A stretch of DNA of 52,626 bases from positions 1 through 52,626 of IMG/VR virus record IMGVR_UViG_3300043447_000045; one strand, written 5' to 3'. The stretch is from a virus. Lineage: Duplodnaviria; Caudoviricetes. The translations under genes and the position numbers were made by a program. Numbering within the stretch: position 1 is the stretch's first letter; each line of letters opens with the position of its first letter. Below the pieces are notes generated by a model. It was not told the origin of the DNA, made no database searches, and saw only the letters and a program-made list of their open reading frames with translations. Positions 16,201 to 25,228 of this stretch are shown piece by piece.

Positions 16201-18864
16201 TGTTTCCCAGTCAATCTCTTGATCAGGCGTTGCGTTGAAGTTCTTACCGATTAGCTTGAACTGCATCTGTGAGTCTTGCTTGAATGTGCCTAAACTGTTG
16301 CCTGTAAAGTAGTAAGGGCGATTGATATCGCTGATGCTAATCTCTGCTGATAGAGGCTTGTTATTGATAATAGCTGGGCGTCTTCCGCCGAATTGATAGT
16401 TAGTGCCGTTAAGAGTTTGTTCTAAGTTCCAGTCATACTCTTGATTGACTACCGCAATGCTAAACTGCGCTTGTGTGTTGCCTGATGCTGATGAGGCTTG
16501 AACTACGAATGTGCCGATCTTGATAGCAGGGTTGCCGTTGCTGTCTACTGCGCCACTGTAGGAGACAACGCCCTGTTCGTCGAATGTCTCTAACTTAGCT
16601 GTAGGGTAGCCGATGATCTTGCCGCTTGAGTTCATTGATAAGCCCAGCGGTAGTGCGCCACTCACGATTGAGTATTCGACTGTTACGCCTGGGTCTGATG
16701 TGCCTGCTGATAGTTGTGCTTCAAAGTATTCGCTATCAACTGCGCAACCTGATACTGAACCTGTGCGTAAGAATGTCCATGTGCTTTGACCACTGAACTG
16801 ATTTGTAGGGTTTGTAACGCCCTTGTTCAAATACAACTTGAATGAACTGTTAGCTGGGTCACAGTTACCAGCATAGAAGATGTTGTTGTTTAGAATAGAG
16901 GTGCCGTTGCCGGTGATGCCATCAAATGAGATACAAGTATTGTTTACGATACCGTGCGCAGTCAAACTGAATGGCGAGATACTAACTGTTACTGAGTTAT
17001 CGCTGTTGACTGTGATGCTATTGATCTTTGCTGATGGTGTTGTAATGTCGGGCAGTTTGGCCATGTTACAAATCATACCAGGCTCAGTATAGAATACCGG
17101 CGGTGTTGCGCCTTCTACCTGAATAATGAATGAACGATCTGCTTGACCTACTGCTGTATCTGTTTGATCGTACTCAGTTGCTCTGATTGTAAATGAGTAT
17201 GTTGTTAGTGTTGCTACTTCACCTAAGACGCCTTTGAGTACGCCTTGTGTGTCAAGTGTAAGACCGAGTGGTGTAGTACCGTTGAGCACTGTGTACTTGA
17301 TGTAGTCACCAGTAGCGGCAGGTTGTGCTACGAAGGGGAACTCTTGATAAGTACGCTCGGCAAAAATACCATTAGGATCATTCAATGATAATCTACCAGG
17401 TTCTGTGACCCATGTAGGTACAGTTGACTTCAATACTTTGAAATAAAATCTTCTAGTATCACTGTACAGAGGTAGTTCTAAATGTACGATTCTATCATTG
17501 AGACTTATAACATTTACTACCTTGTCTTGTAGCTGTGCCTTTGCTGTGATTGTAGCACTTGGTGGTAAATTAGAAACGATTGGATAGTCTAGCACTAGTG
17601 TCTGACCATTGTTAGTAATCTTTGCTGGTACTGTATAGCTTCTTGGAACTTCAACACCATTTACGAGTTGAGTAATCACAATAACATACTGCGCGGTGGC
17701 TGTAGACGCAGGCATGTTCTTGATGATTGATAAGTCAAAATAATACTCAGTGTCCTCTTTGACTTGTGGTGCGGTGCCAAAGATTGATACTGCTTGAACT
17801 GTGGTGCCGCCTACTGTTACTGTTGATTGTCTATCAAAACGAACGAAACTAGGAGCGTTTGATACAACATATGTTATATTACCAGCACTGTCAGGTGATG
17901 CCGCAAACTTAGTAACAGGTATCGCTTTGTTTTGATTGAACGCACCGATGATTTCTGACTGATACACGCCTGCTCGTGGTTGATACCATGCGTTACTTAT
18001 GATAGCAAATGTGCGAGTTGTTGTGTGCTGTACGTTTTCACCAAAGTCATAACCATTGATAGTAACTGTAAACTCATTAGTCTGACTAATGTTCTCAGGT
18101 GAAATTCTACCGGTGATGCGACCCGTAGATGATAGAGATAGGCCGCGAGGCATAGTACCTAGTGGCACTGAGAATTCCAAGCGTTTGAATAGGGTTGGGT
18201 ATGAGGTGCGTAGTTGAATGTCAACCGCATCATAAGCAGAGAACTCGCCTAGTCTGCCTGGAGGTGTGACCCACTTCAACCACTTGACAACTTTGATAAA
18301 CGGTGCCGCGATAAAGTGATCAATGACTTGATTGTTAGCGTTGATGCGTTCAACTACAATATACAAGCCCCATAGTTGATAGTCGTCAAGTGATGAGTAG
18401 TTGATAATCTTACCTGAAATCAAGCCTGACTCGCTGATAGTCATGTCTTGTGGTAAGCCGCCATTCTTGAATCGCACTGAGTAGCCTGGTGTATGTTCAA
18501 GTTCAAGTTGTAGCGAGTAGTCTGAGTTCTCGTTGATTCTGCCTAGACGAATGCCTGTAGCAAGATTGAAATCATACGATGCTACTTTGATTTTGAATGT
18601 GCGTGATACTGTTGTTAGGGTTGAGCCTACTGTTGCTGATGCTGAGATTGTAAAACTATGCTCACCAGTTACAACTGCTGATGTTGCTGACAGAACACTA
18701 CCTGAGAATGTGAACCCTGATGGTAACGTTGATGTTACTGCGTATGTAACCGCAACTGTTTCGTCGTCAGTTGTTGCGATAAAGTCATAGGTAAAAGCAG
18801 TACCTTGTTTGAATGTACCAATGTTACCTTCTGGTGTTACCCAGTATAGTGCTCGTGCTGTCAT
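13258..18864 (-). CDS. large virion protein with repeated putative Ig (He_PIG/cadherin-like) domains, probable baseplate/tail component
   Basis: 1868 aa; repeated W.T..G.LG...G.LP.GL.L...G.I.G...Y.FT(I/V).A...R.F.I units. Confidence 0.78.
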   Translation of the reverse strand: MTARALYWVTPEGNIGTFKQGTAFTYDFIATTDDETVAVTYAVTSTLPSGFTFSGSVLSATSAVVTGEHSFTISASATVGSTLTTVSRTFKIKVASYDFNLATGIRLGRINENSDYSLQLELEHTPGYSVRFKNGGLPQDMTISESGLISGKIINYSSLDDYQLWGLYIVVERINANNQVIDHFIAAPFIKVVKWLKWVTPPGRLGEFSAYDAVDIQLRTSYPTLFKRLEFSVPLGTMPRGLSLSSTGRITGRISPENISQTNEFTVTINGYDFGENVQHTTTRTFAIISNAWYQPRAGVYQSEIIGAFNQNKAIPVTKFAASPDSAGNITYVVSNAPSFVRFDRQSTVTVGGTTVQAVSIFGTAPQVKEDTEYYFDLSIIKNMPASTATAQYVIVITQLVNGVEVPRSYTVPAKITNNGQTLVLDYPIVSNLPPSATITAKAQLQDKVVNVISLNDRIVHLELPLYSDTRRFYFKVLKSTVPTWVTEPGRLSLNDPNGIFAERTYQEFPFVAQPAATGDYIKYTVLNGTTPLGLTLDTQGVLKGVLGEVATLTTYSFTIRATEYDQTDTAVGQADRSFIIQVEGATPPVFYTEPGMICNMAKLPDITTPSAKINSITVNSDNSVTVSISPFSLTAHGIVNNTCISFDGITGNGTSILNNNIFYAGNCDPANSSFKLYLNKGVTNPTNQFSGQSTWTFLRTGSVSGCAVDSEYFEAQLSAGTSDPGVTVEYSIVSGALPLGLSMNSSGKIIGYPTAKLETFDEQGVVSYSGAVDSNGNPAIKIGTFVVQASSASGNTQAQFSIAVVNQEYDWNLEQTLNGTNYQFGGRRPAIINNKPLSAEISISDINRPYYFTGNSLGTFKQDSQMQFKLIGKNFNATPDQEIDWETTYYISGIRTAQPDSSNAFVATATFNNADSNVVMSSLTGLSTAPAGGYITFFGQKVGNIASNAPENSFVDVSTAYKYVVTDATNKIINLFTTTGALITPEIGGTLFTRDATTLVSPNTNAIAANGWISGSLAAVTPDNAIYTINAQVQSPNLITSVTSTTTANIGSANLVVDKAYGFYTGQPVSVSGTTGSLSNTALYTISSIANTVSYRVDLVANLAASPSGTIAEGNLRLYVPGTSPLHRYGTLDGIKANTRVQYVSTSPSANVTLYVDNLTQYGNTTVGTTTLGSTSFTFADATEKAKFATGDVVYFDANSNEVESNVPYLLSVASATNTASVQAIGSTSRRRFAASTGITMTKIAPTITLKYANGVAYIPSMSPTTIANITCQANVVTLRDTANVSVSPRITGNITLSSTATIPLISDVYEYTFLVAGDSKSTIGWNTDSELGTINNGDISRFKLDASFASDTVQTKAIFVNNNKNVRLTTARSLSQDMPVKFIGTPVGTIGNIATFYINSIDSANNIIQLRTTETVENSLTPDASGNMTLTATIPDGRYKVTAGSLPPGLKLLSTGEIVGRVAFEQGTTVQTSNASQTYSFTVQAYSKRFPSSTLNRVFTIKTTQRHTGPYDNLYITGLMNADQRATITDLLSYINGTHNTSIKPDIYRPGDSNFGISKGLKYVHMYGVPSVPTDDFYNAYVEAIARNHYYKNLSLGELKTAVARDSTGAIVYELVYCEVVDNLQNTDGISITKEIIWGQSVSIDGVTPTQPIVYPNSLSNMRDQIEQKIGNINDSSVLPLWMLSTQADGKVPGFTQCWVLCYTKPGKSASVLATIKSYLSDNSLSMNSINFGMDRLMVDRALTYTYGVGGNESWPSYNVRTTGGNTDIVLGNVAGLRVNQKVKPITTIGNFDSTTDYFITDVNPATSTIRVRTQLYGNIANTVLTPNVTANTTLVTSPLSSTLQDDTRDSFVVFYQSSPLDSTAS

Positions 18865-19490
18865 TATTGTGCCTGTAAGATGTGTAGTGCTTGTTCGTAG
18901 TGATGCTGTCTGTCGGCGAGGCCGATTGTGCCGCCGTTGATGCGCTTGGTTAGCATAACAAAGTCACCGCTGTCGCAATACTTGTTCAAGTCGTTGTTGT
19001 CCCAGAACCAACCAGCACTAGCACAAGCGCCAGCTGGTGTTTCCATGTATGCGACACACTCTTCCAGTGACACCCCTAAGTCTTCAGCAAAGCGTGTGTA
19101 GTTAGACTTGCCTGTTAGTTGAATGAGTCCGCGACCGCAGTAACGAGCACCGTCGCCACTAGCTTCGTCACCATTGCCCATGCGATTAGCATACACTTTG
19201 TTAGCAATCTTCTCTGGCTTGCGTTCGTATTGTTTCGCTAGTTCTTCAGTCGGGAAGTATTTCTTGAATGTAGTCATCAAGCCCTTAGCACCGTAGTTTA
19301 GATTCTCTTTAGTAAAGTTGAAGGCGCCACTCTCGTGTGCTGTTTGTGCTAGGAAGGCAGCTAAGCGTTCAGCACTAGTGTTGAGTTCATAGTACTCAGC
19401 TACTTCATTGAGTGGGTCAACATACTGTTCTAGTACTGTCTTCTTAGTCTTTGGGCATAGTGCCTGTAGAATCTCTAGTGTTACTTGCAT
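18864..19490 (-). CDS. endolysin, glycoside hydrolase family 19
   Basis: AAFLAQTAHESG, ENLNY, YANRMGNG, YCGRGLIQLTGKSNY, TKRINGG motifs. Confidence 0.92.
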   Translation of the reverse strand: MQVTLEILQALCPKTKKTVLEQYVDPLNEVAEYYELNTSAERLAAFLAQTAHESGAFNFTKENLNYGAKGLMTTFKKYFPTEELAKQYERKPEKIANKVYANRMGNGDEASGDGARYCGRGLIQLTGKSNYTRFAEDLGVSLEECVAYMETPAGACASAGWFWDNNDLNKYCDSGDFVMLTKRINGGTIGLADRQHHYEQALHILQAQ

Positions 19491-19501
19491 TTTATTTTCC
19501 T

Positions 19502-20647
19502 TTATTTCTGTATATTTACTGTACTAAATTTCCAACTATGCGGAGCATGAAGAGATGCCAGAGTGACCGCATAATCCGCTTCTCTGTTTGTTGAGAAAAA
19601 CATAGTTGATAATCCCTCATATTCTCCACCCATACCACGTGACACAAATTCAGCATCAGGGAAACTAGACCCATCGCTAAATTCTATATAGTCAATCGTA
19701 CCATCAGCTTGATGCTCAATATGGTCTATCTTCTTTGGCGTTTGAAACCCACGGCCCTCGATGACTCCAGATGATGTATGTGGCTCGAATTGAATTACTG
19801 CTACTTCCGACCCCACTGCCATGTTAACTCTACCCCTACCATCAATAGTAGTTAGATAGCGCTGAAACTCTTTTAGATCCTTAATAGCATCATTTCTAGA
19901 TTCCCACATCTTATCTTCTATTAACTTGCGTAGGGCACTCGATAGCATTATGCTTGGCCTAAATGGCAAATTAGGATTCTCTGTCCTCTCTCTTTTCTGT
20001 CTAATATTGAACGCTATATTGAACTGGTCCACATTACTTTCATTGACTACAAATTTCGCAAACTTCCATTGGTCTTCATTGATGTTCTTTAGTTGTTGCT
20101 TGATCCAAGCGTCTGGAGTCTTCTTGTACTGCTCAACCCAGTTATCGTGTAGTTGCTTAGGAGTAATATCACACTCGTCCGCAATATCTGTCATCATTTT
20201 ATCAATGCTGTCGTAGTCAGTCTTTTTGTTGTAGAGTAGCTTAGTCTTTAGCTTGTCGTTTGCTACGCTCTCATAGATTGAGCCGTCTATTTTACCGTAT
20301 GCTCGCATCATACGACCAGCGACGGCGTTGGCTTCGTCCTCAATCTTTAGGCGTTGCTCGTCATCCATGTCATCTCGGGCGGTGCCTAGTTCAAACTGCT
20401 TGTGATGTATGAGTTCGTGACATAAGGTTCTCATAGCGTCTGCCGGCGTTCTGTTGCCGATATGTGTCCAGATTTCGCCTGCTGAGTTTGTGCTGCCGTA
20501 ACTGCGATTTTTATTGACCATGCCCATATCATTACCGTAGTTGATAGTAGGTGGGTTCTCGATGCCAAGCTGATCCATAGCCCAGTCAGCAAACTTTCTG
20601 ACTTGTTCTACTTTGTTTTGTTGTGTTTTTACTTCGTTAAATCTCAT
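19502..20647 (-). CDS. multi-segment protein with N-terminal HExxH zincin-like motif; possible internal head protein
   Basis: RTLCHELIHHKQ...EDEANAVAG; MRFNEV start; AT-richer C-terminal half. Confidence 0.6.
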   Translation of the reverse strand: MRFNEVKTQQNKVEQVRKFADWAMDQLGIENPPTINYGNDMGMVNKNRSYGSTNSAGEIWTHIGNRTPADAMRTLCHELIHHKQFELGTARDDMDDEQRLKIEDEANAVAGRMMRAYGKIDGSIYESVANDKLKTKLLYNKKTDYDSIDKMMTDIADECDITPKQLHDNWVEQYKKTPDAWIKQQLKNINEDQWKFAKFVVNESNVDQFNIAFNIRQKRERTENPNLPFRPSIMLSSALRKLIEDKMWESRNDAIKDLKEFQRYLTTIDGRGRVNMAVGSEVAVIQFEPHTSSGVIEGRGFQTPKKIDHIEHQADGTIDYIEFSDGSSFPDAEFVSRGMGGEYEGLSTMFFSTNREADYAVTLASLHAPHSWKFSTVNIQK

Positions 20648-20665
20648 GTGGGCACCAGTATCATG

Positions 20666-20682
20666 TATTTATCTACTAAATA
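20666..20682. promoter_or_regulatory. back-to-back putative late promoters (TAAATA on both strands)
   Basis: TATTTA 20666-20671 and TAAATA 20677-20682 between divergent starts at 20647 and 20699. Confidence 0.6.
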
Positions 20683-20698
20683 GACTAGGAGATCCAAC

Positions 20699-21136
20699 AT
20701 GAAACAACTACTTTTAGCACTTTTGATCTTAGGCTCAAGCATCGCCTCTGCTCAAAAAACACCACAAGGTGTAACTTACGATGCCCAAATATTAAGAGTG
20801 AGTGATGGTGATACCGTAGTCATCAGTGCTCCTTTTCTACCTAAGCCACTCAAACCAGAATTGGCTATTAGAGTCTATGGAGTTGACACGCCAGAAAAAG
20901 GTTTTCGAGCCAAGTGCCCTAGTGAAGATAGCAGGGGCCAAGCGGCCACCAAGTTCACTAAAGATGCGATTGCAGCAACAAGAAGCCATCAAGTTACCAT
21001 CTATGCCTGGGACAAATTCGGTGGTCGTGTACTGGGAGACATCATTCTAGATGGTCGTAGCTTACGTGCGGGCTTGATTGCCAACGGATTTGCTCGTGAA
21101 TATTATGGTGAGGCCAAGACTTCTTGGTGTGAATAA
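20699..21136 (+). CDS. thermonuclease (SNase-like) with signal peptide
   Basis: RVSDGDTV, IRVYGVDTPE, DKFGGRVLG, GFAREY; hydrophobic N-terminus ending ASA; AGGAG RBS. Confidence 0.9.
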   Translation: MKQLLLALLILGSSIASAQKTPQGVTYDAQILRVSDGDTVVISAPFLPKPLKPELAIRVYGVDTPEKGFRAKCPSEDSRGQAATKFTKDAIAATRSHQVTIYAWDKFGGRVLGDIILDGRSLRAGLIANGFAREYYGEAKTSWCE

Positions 21137-21150
21137 AGGGCGTGGATATT

Positions 21151-21176
21151 AAAAAGGACCCTCAGGGTCCTTTTTT
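21151..21176. terminator. bidirectional rho-independent terminator
   Basis: AAAAAGGACCC-TCA-GGGTCCTTTTTT between convergent genes. Confidence 0.9.
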
Positions 21177-21447
21177 ATTTGCCAGCGCCTTCGAATATTG
21201 TTTTCTGAATCTTATACCATTCGATCCAAGCATCGTTCTTTACAGCGCACTCATAGTATGTGCCGTAGTTGTCTGTAACAACTGTTGCTACGCCGCTTAG
21301 CTTAGGTTCTGCTTTCTCGTCTAACTTCTTTAGTTGAGGGCAGGCTTCTAGTAGGCGCGGCGGCACTTCAGGGAACTTGGCAGCAACAGGCACTGGCGTA
21401 GAACAAGCCTGTAGTAGGAGTGCTAGTGCTACGATTAGATATTTCAT
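21175..21447 (-). CDS. o-spanin (Rz1-like lipoprotein)
   Basis: lipobox LLQA-C, Pro-rich linker FPEVPPRLLEACP, NY..YYEC. Confidence 0.75.
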   Translation of the reverse strand: MKYLIVALALLLQACSTPVPVAAKFPEVPPRLLEACPQLKKLDEKAEPKLSGVATVVTDNYGTYYECAVKNDAWIEWYKIQKTIFEGAGK

Positions 21448-22079
21448 TTGTTTAGATCCTTCTTAGGCACGTTGCGAGTGATGCCATCGTCACCTCTGAT
21501 TGACACTAATGGACCTTTGCCCGCTAGTTCTTTAAGTCTGTCAATCATCTCGTCCCAGTCCTCATCGTATACCGCTTCTTCTGGATCCTCGTAGTCATCA
21601 GATTGTGCTTGCGCTTTAGCTTGTGGACTAGCGTTCATCATGGTTGCTGGTTGACCAAAGTTATCGTCCGCTTCATCAAGTGCTTCAATATCAGCAATAT
21701 GCTTTTTCATTGCCATGATCTTTTGCTTTAGTTCACGCTGTCTTGTCCATTCGCCGTGATCATCACTATATTCATAGTACGAATCAAACTTGGCTTCTAG
21801 TTCAGCAAGTCTAGCTTTGATATCATCTAAACGGTCTTTAGCTGCTCGTAGAGAAGCGATTCTGTCTTGTTCTGCTTTTTGCTTTAGCTTCTCAGCATTT
21901 GCTCGGCCACGAACATCAGCACGAGCTAGACCGCGATCACGCTTAGCAATGATGCTGTCTGCTTTTTCTCTGTTCTCTGGTGAGCCGAATACTTTGTCAA
22001 TCTGAGCGCCTGCTTTAGATAGCGATGCTTTGCGACGGTAATCGCCTAGAGATACTTCTACGATTTGTTTGATTTTCAT
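21444..22079 (-). CDS. hypothetical coiled-coil protein, possible internal head protein
   Basis: 211 aa; MKIKQIVE start; ATGA-coupled to both spanin genes. Confidence 0.65.
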   Translation of the reverse strand: MKIKQIVEVSLGDYRRKASLSKAGAQIDKVFGSPENREKADSIIAKRDRGLARADVRGRANAEKLKQKAEQDRIASLRAAKDRLDDIKARLAELEAKFDSYYEYSDDHGEWTRQRELKQKIMAMKKHIADIEALDEADDNFGQPATMMNASPQAKAQAQSDDYEDPEEAVYDEDWDEMIDRLKELAGKGPLVSIRGDDGITRNVPKKDLNK

Positions 22080-22507
22080 TTTTGTGGTCCTTGCGCCGCA
22101 TCATTGTGGGATTTTACGAATTCTTGTGGGATTTTACACTGAGCATCATACTTGACTACTTCACGGTCAATGTATTGCTTGACGACGACTGTGTTCTCTT
22201 TGACTTTGCCCTGCTTAGTCACAATCTTTTCTACGATTTTGACGTTCTCTTTAGCGGCTTCTGCTTCTGCTTTGGCTAGCTTAGCTTCTACTTCTTTGAC
22301 ACGGGCTTCCCAGATTTTATTGTCTGCTAAGCCGCCTTCTAGGTACAGTGTGAATACTAAGACGATGCCGCCAAGCACACGCAAAGGCATTATGTACTTG
22401 CTGAGGAATGGCACAGAGGCCAAGGTAAAGCCAACGAGAGTGGCTAAGACGCTTAGGCCAAATGCGGCGTGTAATAGCCAGTCGGGTAGTATTGATAAGA
22501 TCCACAT
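22076..22507 (-). CDS. i-spanin (Rz-like)
   Basis: N-terminal TM helices, coiled coil, C-terminal C.IP..FV..HN.A; TAAATA upstream at 22515-22520. Confidence 0.7.
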   Translation of the reverse strand: MWILSILPDWLLHAAFGLSVLATLVGFTLASVPFLSKYIMPLRVLGGIVLVFTLYLEGGLADNKIWEARVKEVEAKLAKAEAEAAKENVKIVEKIVTKQGKVKENTVVVKQYIDREVVKYDAQCKIPQEFVKSHNDAAQGPQK

Positions 22508-22520
22508 GATTGTGTATTTA

Positions 22521-23489
22521 TCATAGCTTTGAACTCCAGTAAGTACTGTCTAAGAACCATTTATAGTAGCGTCTGAAGCCCTCATCTACATCTACCTTGG
22601 GGTCAAAGCCAAAGTCCTGTCTGGCCGCGTCAATATTGAGTGCTCCACGACTAGGGAAGTCCAAGTCTCGGTCACGAACTTCTACCTGTCCTCGACCAGC
22701 GATTTCGACTGCCATTTGGGCGGCTCGTAGTAAACTCCATGAGTGACTTTTCGTGATGTTGTATGTCTTATTGACGGCATTGGGCGATAGGGTTGCCGCA
22801 GTAATGCCATCAGCCGCATCGTCTACATAAGTAAAGTCGAGAGTTTCACTAGCGCCATTGACTTTGAGTGTTTCGCCTCTAAGAGCGGCTAGCATGAACT
22901 TAGAGATTACGCGGTCTTCCACGTCGAGTGGACCATATACAGCAGAGGGGCGTATAATAGTATGAGCAATACCATGCTTACGAGTATAGTCTCGAACAAG
23001 CCATTCGCCTGTGAGTTTGAGGATGCCATATTGGCCTTGTGGCTTACACGCATAGTCTTCCTTTACATCATCACTAAAATCACCGTATACCATTGAACTG
23101 CTCATGTATACGAATCTACTGACTCTATACTTTACTGATGCTTCTAGCAGGTTCAGTAGGCCTTCACTCATTACCCGACTGCCCAGGGTTGGGTTGACAT
23201 TGACTACCTTCTGACGAGGGAATGATGCCATATGAATCACTACATCTGGTAGATCATGATTGAAGATATAGTCAACCGCGGTGGCATCAGTAATATCTCT
23301 GTTGTGAATGAACACGCCTTCGTCTAGCTTTGCCCTGCGCTCCTTGATTAGATATTCTAACTCGCTCTTTGGTATCATGCCATAGTCAGTTTGATTGTCT
23401 ACTACTGTTACCAGGTGGCCTTGGTCCCATAGTCGCTTTACTACATTATGTCCTATGAGGCCTAAGCCTCCTGTTACTAAAATCTTCAT
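22521..23489 (-). CDS. NAD-dependent nucleotide-sugar epimerase/dehydratase
   Basis: ILVTGGLGLIG, SSSMVYG, YGILK (YxxxK), DFTYVDD. Confidence 0.9.
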   Translation of the reverse strand: MKILVTGGLGLIGHNVVKRLWDQGHLVTVVDNQTDYGMIPKSELEYLIKERRAKLDEGVFIHNRDITDATAVDYIFNHDLPDVVIHMASFPRQKVVNVNPTLGSRVMSEGLLNLLEASVKYRVSRFVYMSSSMVYGDFSDDVKEDYACKPQGQYGILKLTGEWLVRDYTRKHGIAHTIIRPSAVYGPLDVEDRVISKFMLAALRGETLKVNGASETLDFTYVDDAADGITAATLSPNAVNKTYNITKSHSWSLLRAAQMAVEIAGRGQVEVRDRDLDFPSRGALNIDAARQDFGFDPKVDVDEGFRRYYKWFLDSTYWSSKL

Positions 23490-23704
23490 TTGATTATTCC
23501 CGAAATATAAATGACCGCAAATATAGAGTTAGGTATCCACATTGCTGGTTCTCGCCATAGAACGCCTAACCACATCCACAGTGCGGCCGCTATAAGCCCT
23601 AACCATCTGTCATAAGGCATTATATCATAACTGTTACAGATTACAAGTAGCAAACTTGCCAAAGTTGCTGACCACTTGACCCAAAAATCTAAAGTCTTTG
23701 TCAA
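23486..23704 (-). CDS. small membrane protein (about 3 TM helices)
   Basis: 72-aa hydrophobic ORF, ATGA-coupled. Confidence 0.7.
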   Translation of the reverse strand: MTKTLDFWVKWSATLASLLLVICNSYDIMPYDRWLGLIAAALWMWLGVLWREPAMWIPNSIFAVIYISGIIK

Positions 23705-24039
23705 TGTGAACGCTTCCCGTCAAACACACATACAAAGTACAGCGATGATGTGTCAGAACGATTGAACACTTTGTGAAATACACCGTCCGGTATCAGCATA
23801 ACACTGCCTGCTTCTACTTGATACAAGTCATTGTCAATCTGAATAGCGCCCTGACCGCTGACAAAGAAATAAACTTCTTCTTGACCAGGATGAGTGTGAC
23901 CTCTAGTTTGTTGACCAGGCTTCAAGAATGTGCTCGACAACACAAGATTCTTTAGGTCTGTATTGTCCTTGAGAACATAAGTCTCGTTGTCCTTTACAAC
24001 TGTGCCGCCGATATCATTCATGTTTAGTTTTTTGTTCAT
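23701..24039 (-). CDS. cupin domain protein
   Basis: GHTHPGQEEVYFFVSGQG...IPDGVFHKVFN. Confidence 0.88.
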   Translation of the reverse strand: MNKKLNMNDIGGTVVKDNETYVLKDNTDLKNLVLSSTFLKPGQQTRGHTHPGQEEVYFFVSGQGAIQIDNDLYQVEAGSVMLIPDGVFHKVFNRSDTSSLYFVCVFDGKRSH

Positions 24040-24371
24040 GTGAACCTCAGTAGATAATATGTGTAATCTTCGTCTTTGAGTTTTGCTGTGATGGCAAATC
24101 TATTGCCCCAAATATTATAATCCTTCGTCTGATGCCACATAGGAGTCTCAATAGCATTTTCCATCACCCATGTACCAGCTTCGCTGTTCTGCCATTCTAG
24201 GAGTGGACCTGCCGCATAGATTTGTGGGTCTTCTACATCACCTACTGTGAATGTATGAATCACTACTTTGTAAATACGGGTCGGTTTGTCGTCAATGATC
24301 ATAACATCAAACGTGGCGTTCTTAGGCGTTGAGCCCAAGTATCCTGAATCTGGTGGATACTTACTGCCCAT
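24036..24371 (-). CDS. hypothetical protein
   Basis: 111-aa coupled ORF. Confidence 0.7.
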   Translation of the reverse strand: MGSKYPPDSGYLGSTPKNATFDVMIIDDKPTRIYKVVIHTFTVGDVEDPQIYAAGPLLEWQNSEAGTWVMENAIETPMWHQTKDYNIWGNRFAITAKLKDEDYTYYLLRFT

Positions 24372-25192
24372 TATACTACTCTCACTAAATGTTGATAGAA
24401 GCGGCTTCTCTTTGTCGGAAGAGATTGTTTTGCCATACGCTCTATGGTCAGTGCAACATTAGCAATACTGGTTTTAAACTCAGTGGCGATTGCTTTCAAT
24501 CCATATACAGTTTTACTAGTCCCATCCGGATAGGTTATTTCATATTGTTTTGTATATGGTTGTTCTTCTGGCAATGCGCCTTTTGTCCATGGAGTTTTAT
24601 CTCTAAGTATTTTTAGAGTTTCTTCGGAATGTGTTTTACCATAGAATGAGTTCTTAGCGCCTTTTCTATCATACGTTTGGCATCCCATACACGTTTTTGC
24701 CCCAGTAGATTTTTCATTTGTATTACATACGGGGCATATTACTTTCATACTCTTACCGTGTTTCCATCTACCATTCAATTCGCCAGAATGTCCCCATTTT
24801 TCTTTACGCTCTTTCTCAGTCATTTTCTTGATATTACTTCTTATCGTGTTTGATGTTCTCAGTATGATATCATCTCTGTTAGGGTTATTTGTAAGATTAT
24901 CTCCGCCCCCAACTGAGCCAACGTTGTATAGATTGTCTTGACTATCAATATACACTTGCTCTAAAGATTGAAGTTGGCCTCTAGTATTGAAGTTAGTCTC
25001 TTCTATTATATGGAACTTAAACTGTTCGATGCCATATTTGTTCACCGCTCGTTGAAGATACGCACAATGATGCCTATTGTGTTTAAGTGATGAACGATGA
25101 GTGGTGAAGCGTTTATTGATGTTCATCGAACTGCCAATATACTTCTTACCACTCACCACATTCTCTATACAGTAGATACCTTGTTTATTCAT
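24371..25192 (-). mobile_element. free-standing GIY-YIG homing endonuclease (I-TevI/Seg-like architecture)
   Basis: GIYCIEN...KKYIGSS...RF..H, LEQVYID, YN; CxxC...CxxC zinc finger; NUMOD3-like NSFYGKTHSEET; AT-richer than flanks; own TAAATA at 25197-25202. Confidence 0.88.
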
Positions 25193-25228
25193 TTTATATT
25201 TATCTTCGGGGTGCCATTCAATATATTT

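Noticed and set aside
3929-18790. Many long plus-strand ORFs (e.g. 4289..5017, 9941..10618) rich in Val/Pro/Ala/Leu
   Set aside because: Antisense shadows of the repetitive minus-strand structural genes; no RBS or recognisable motifs.
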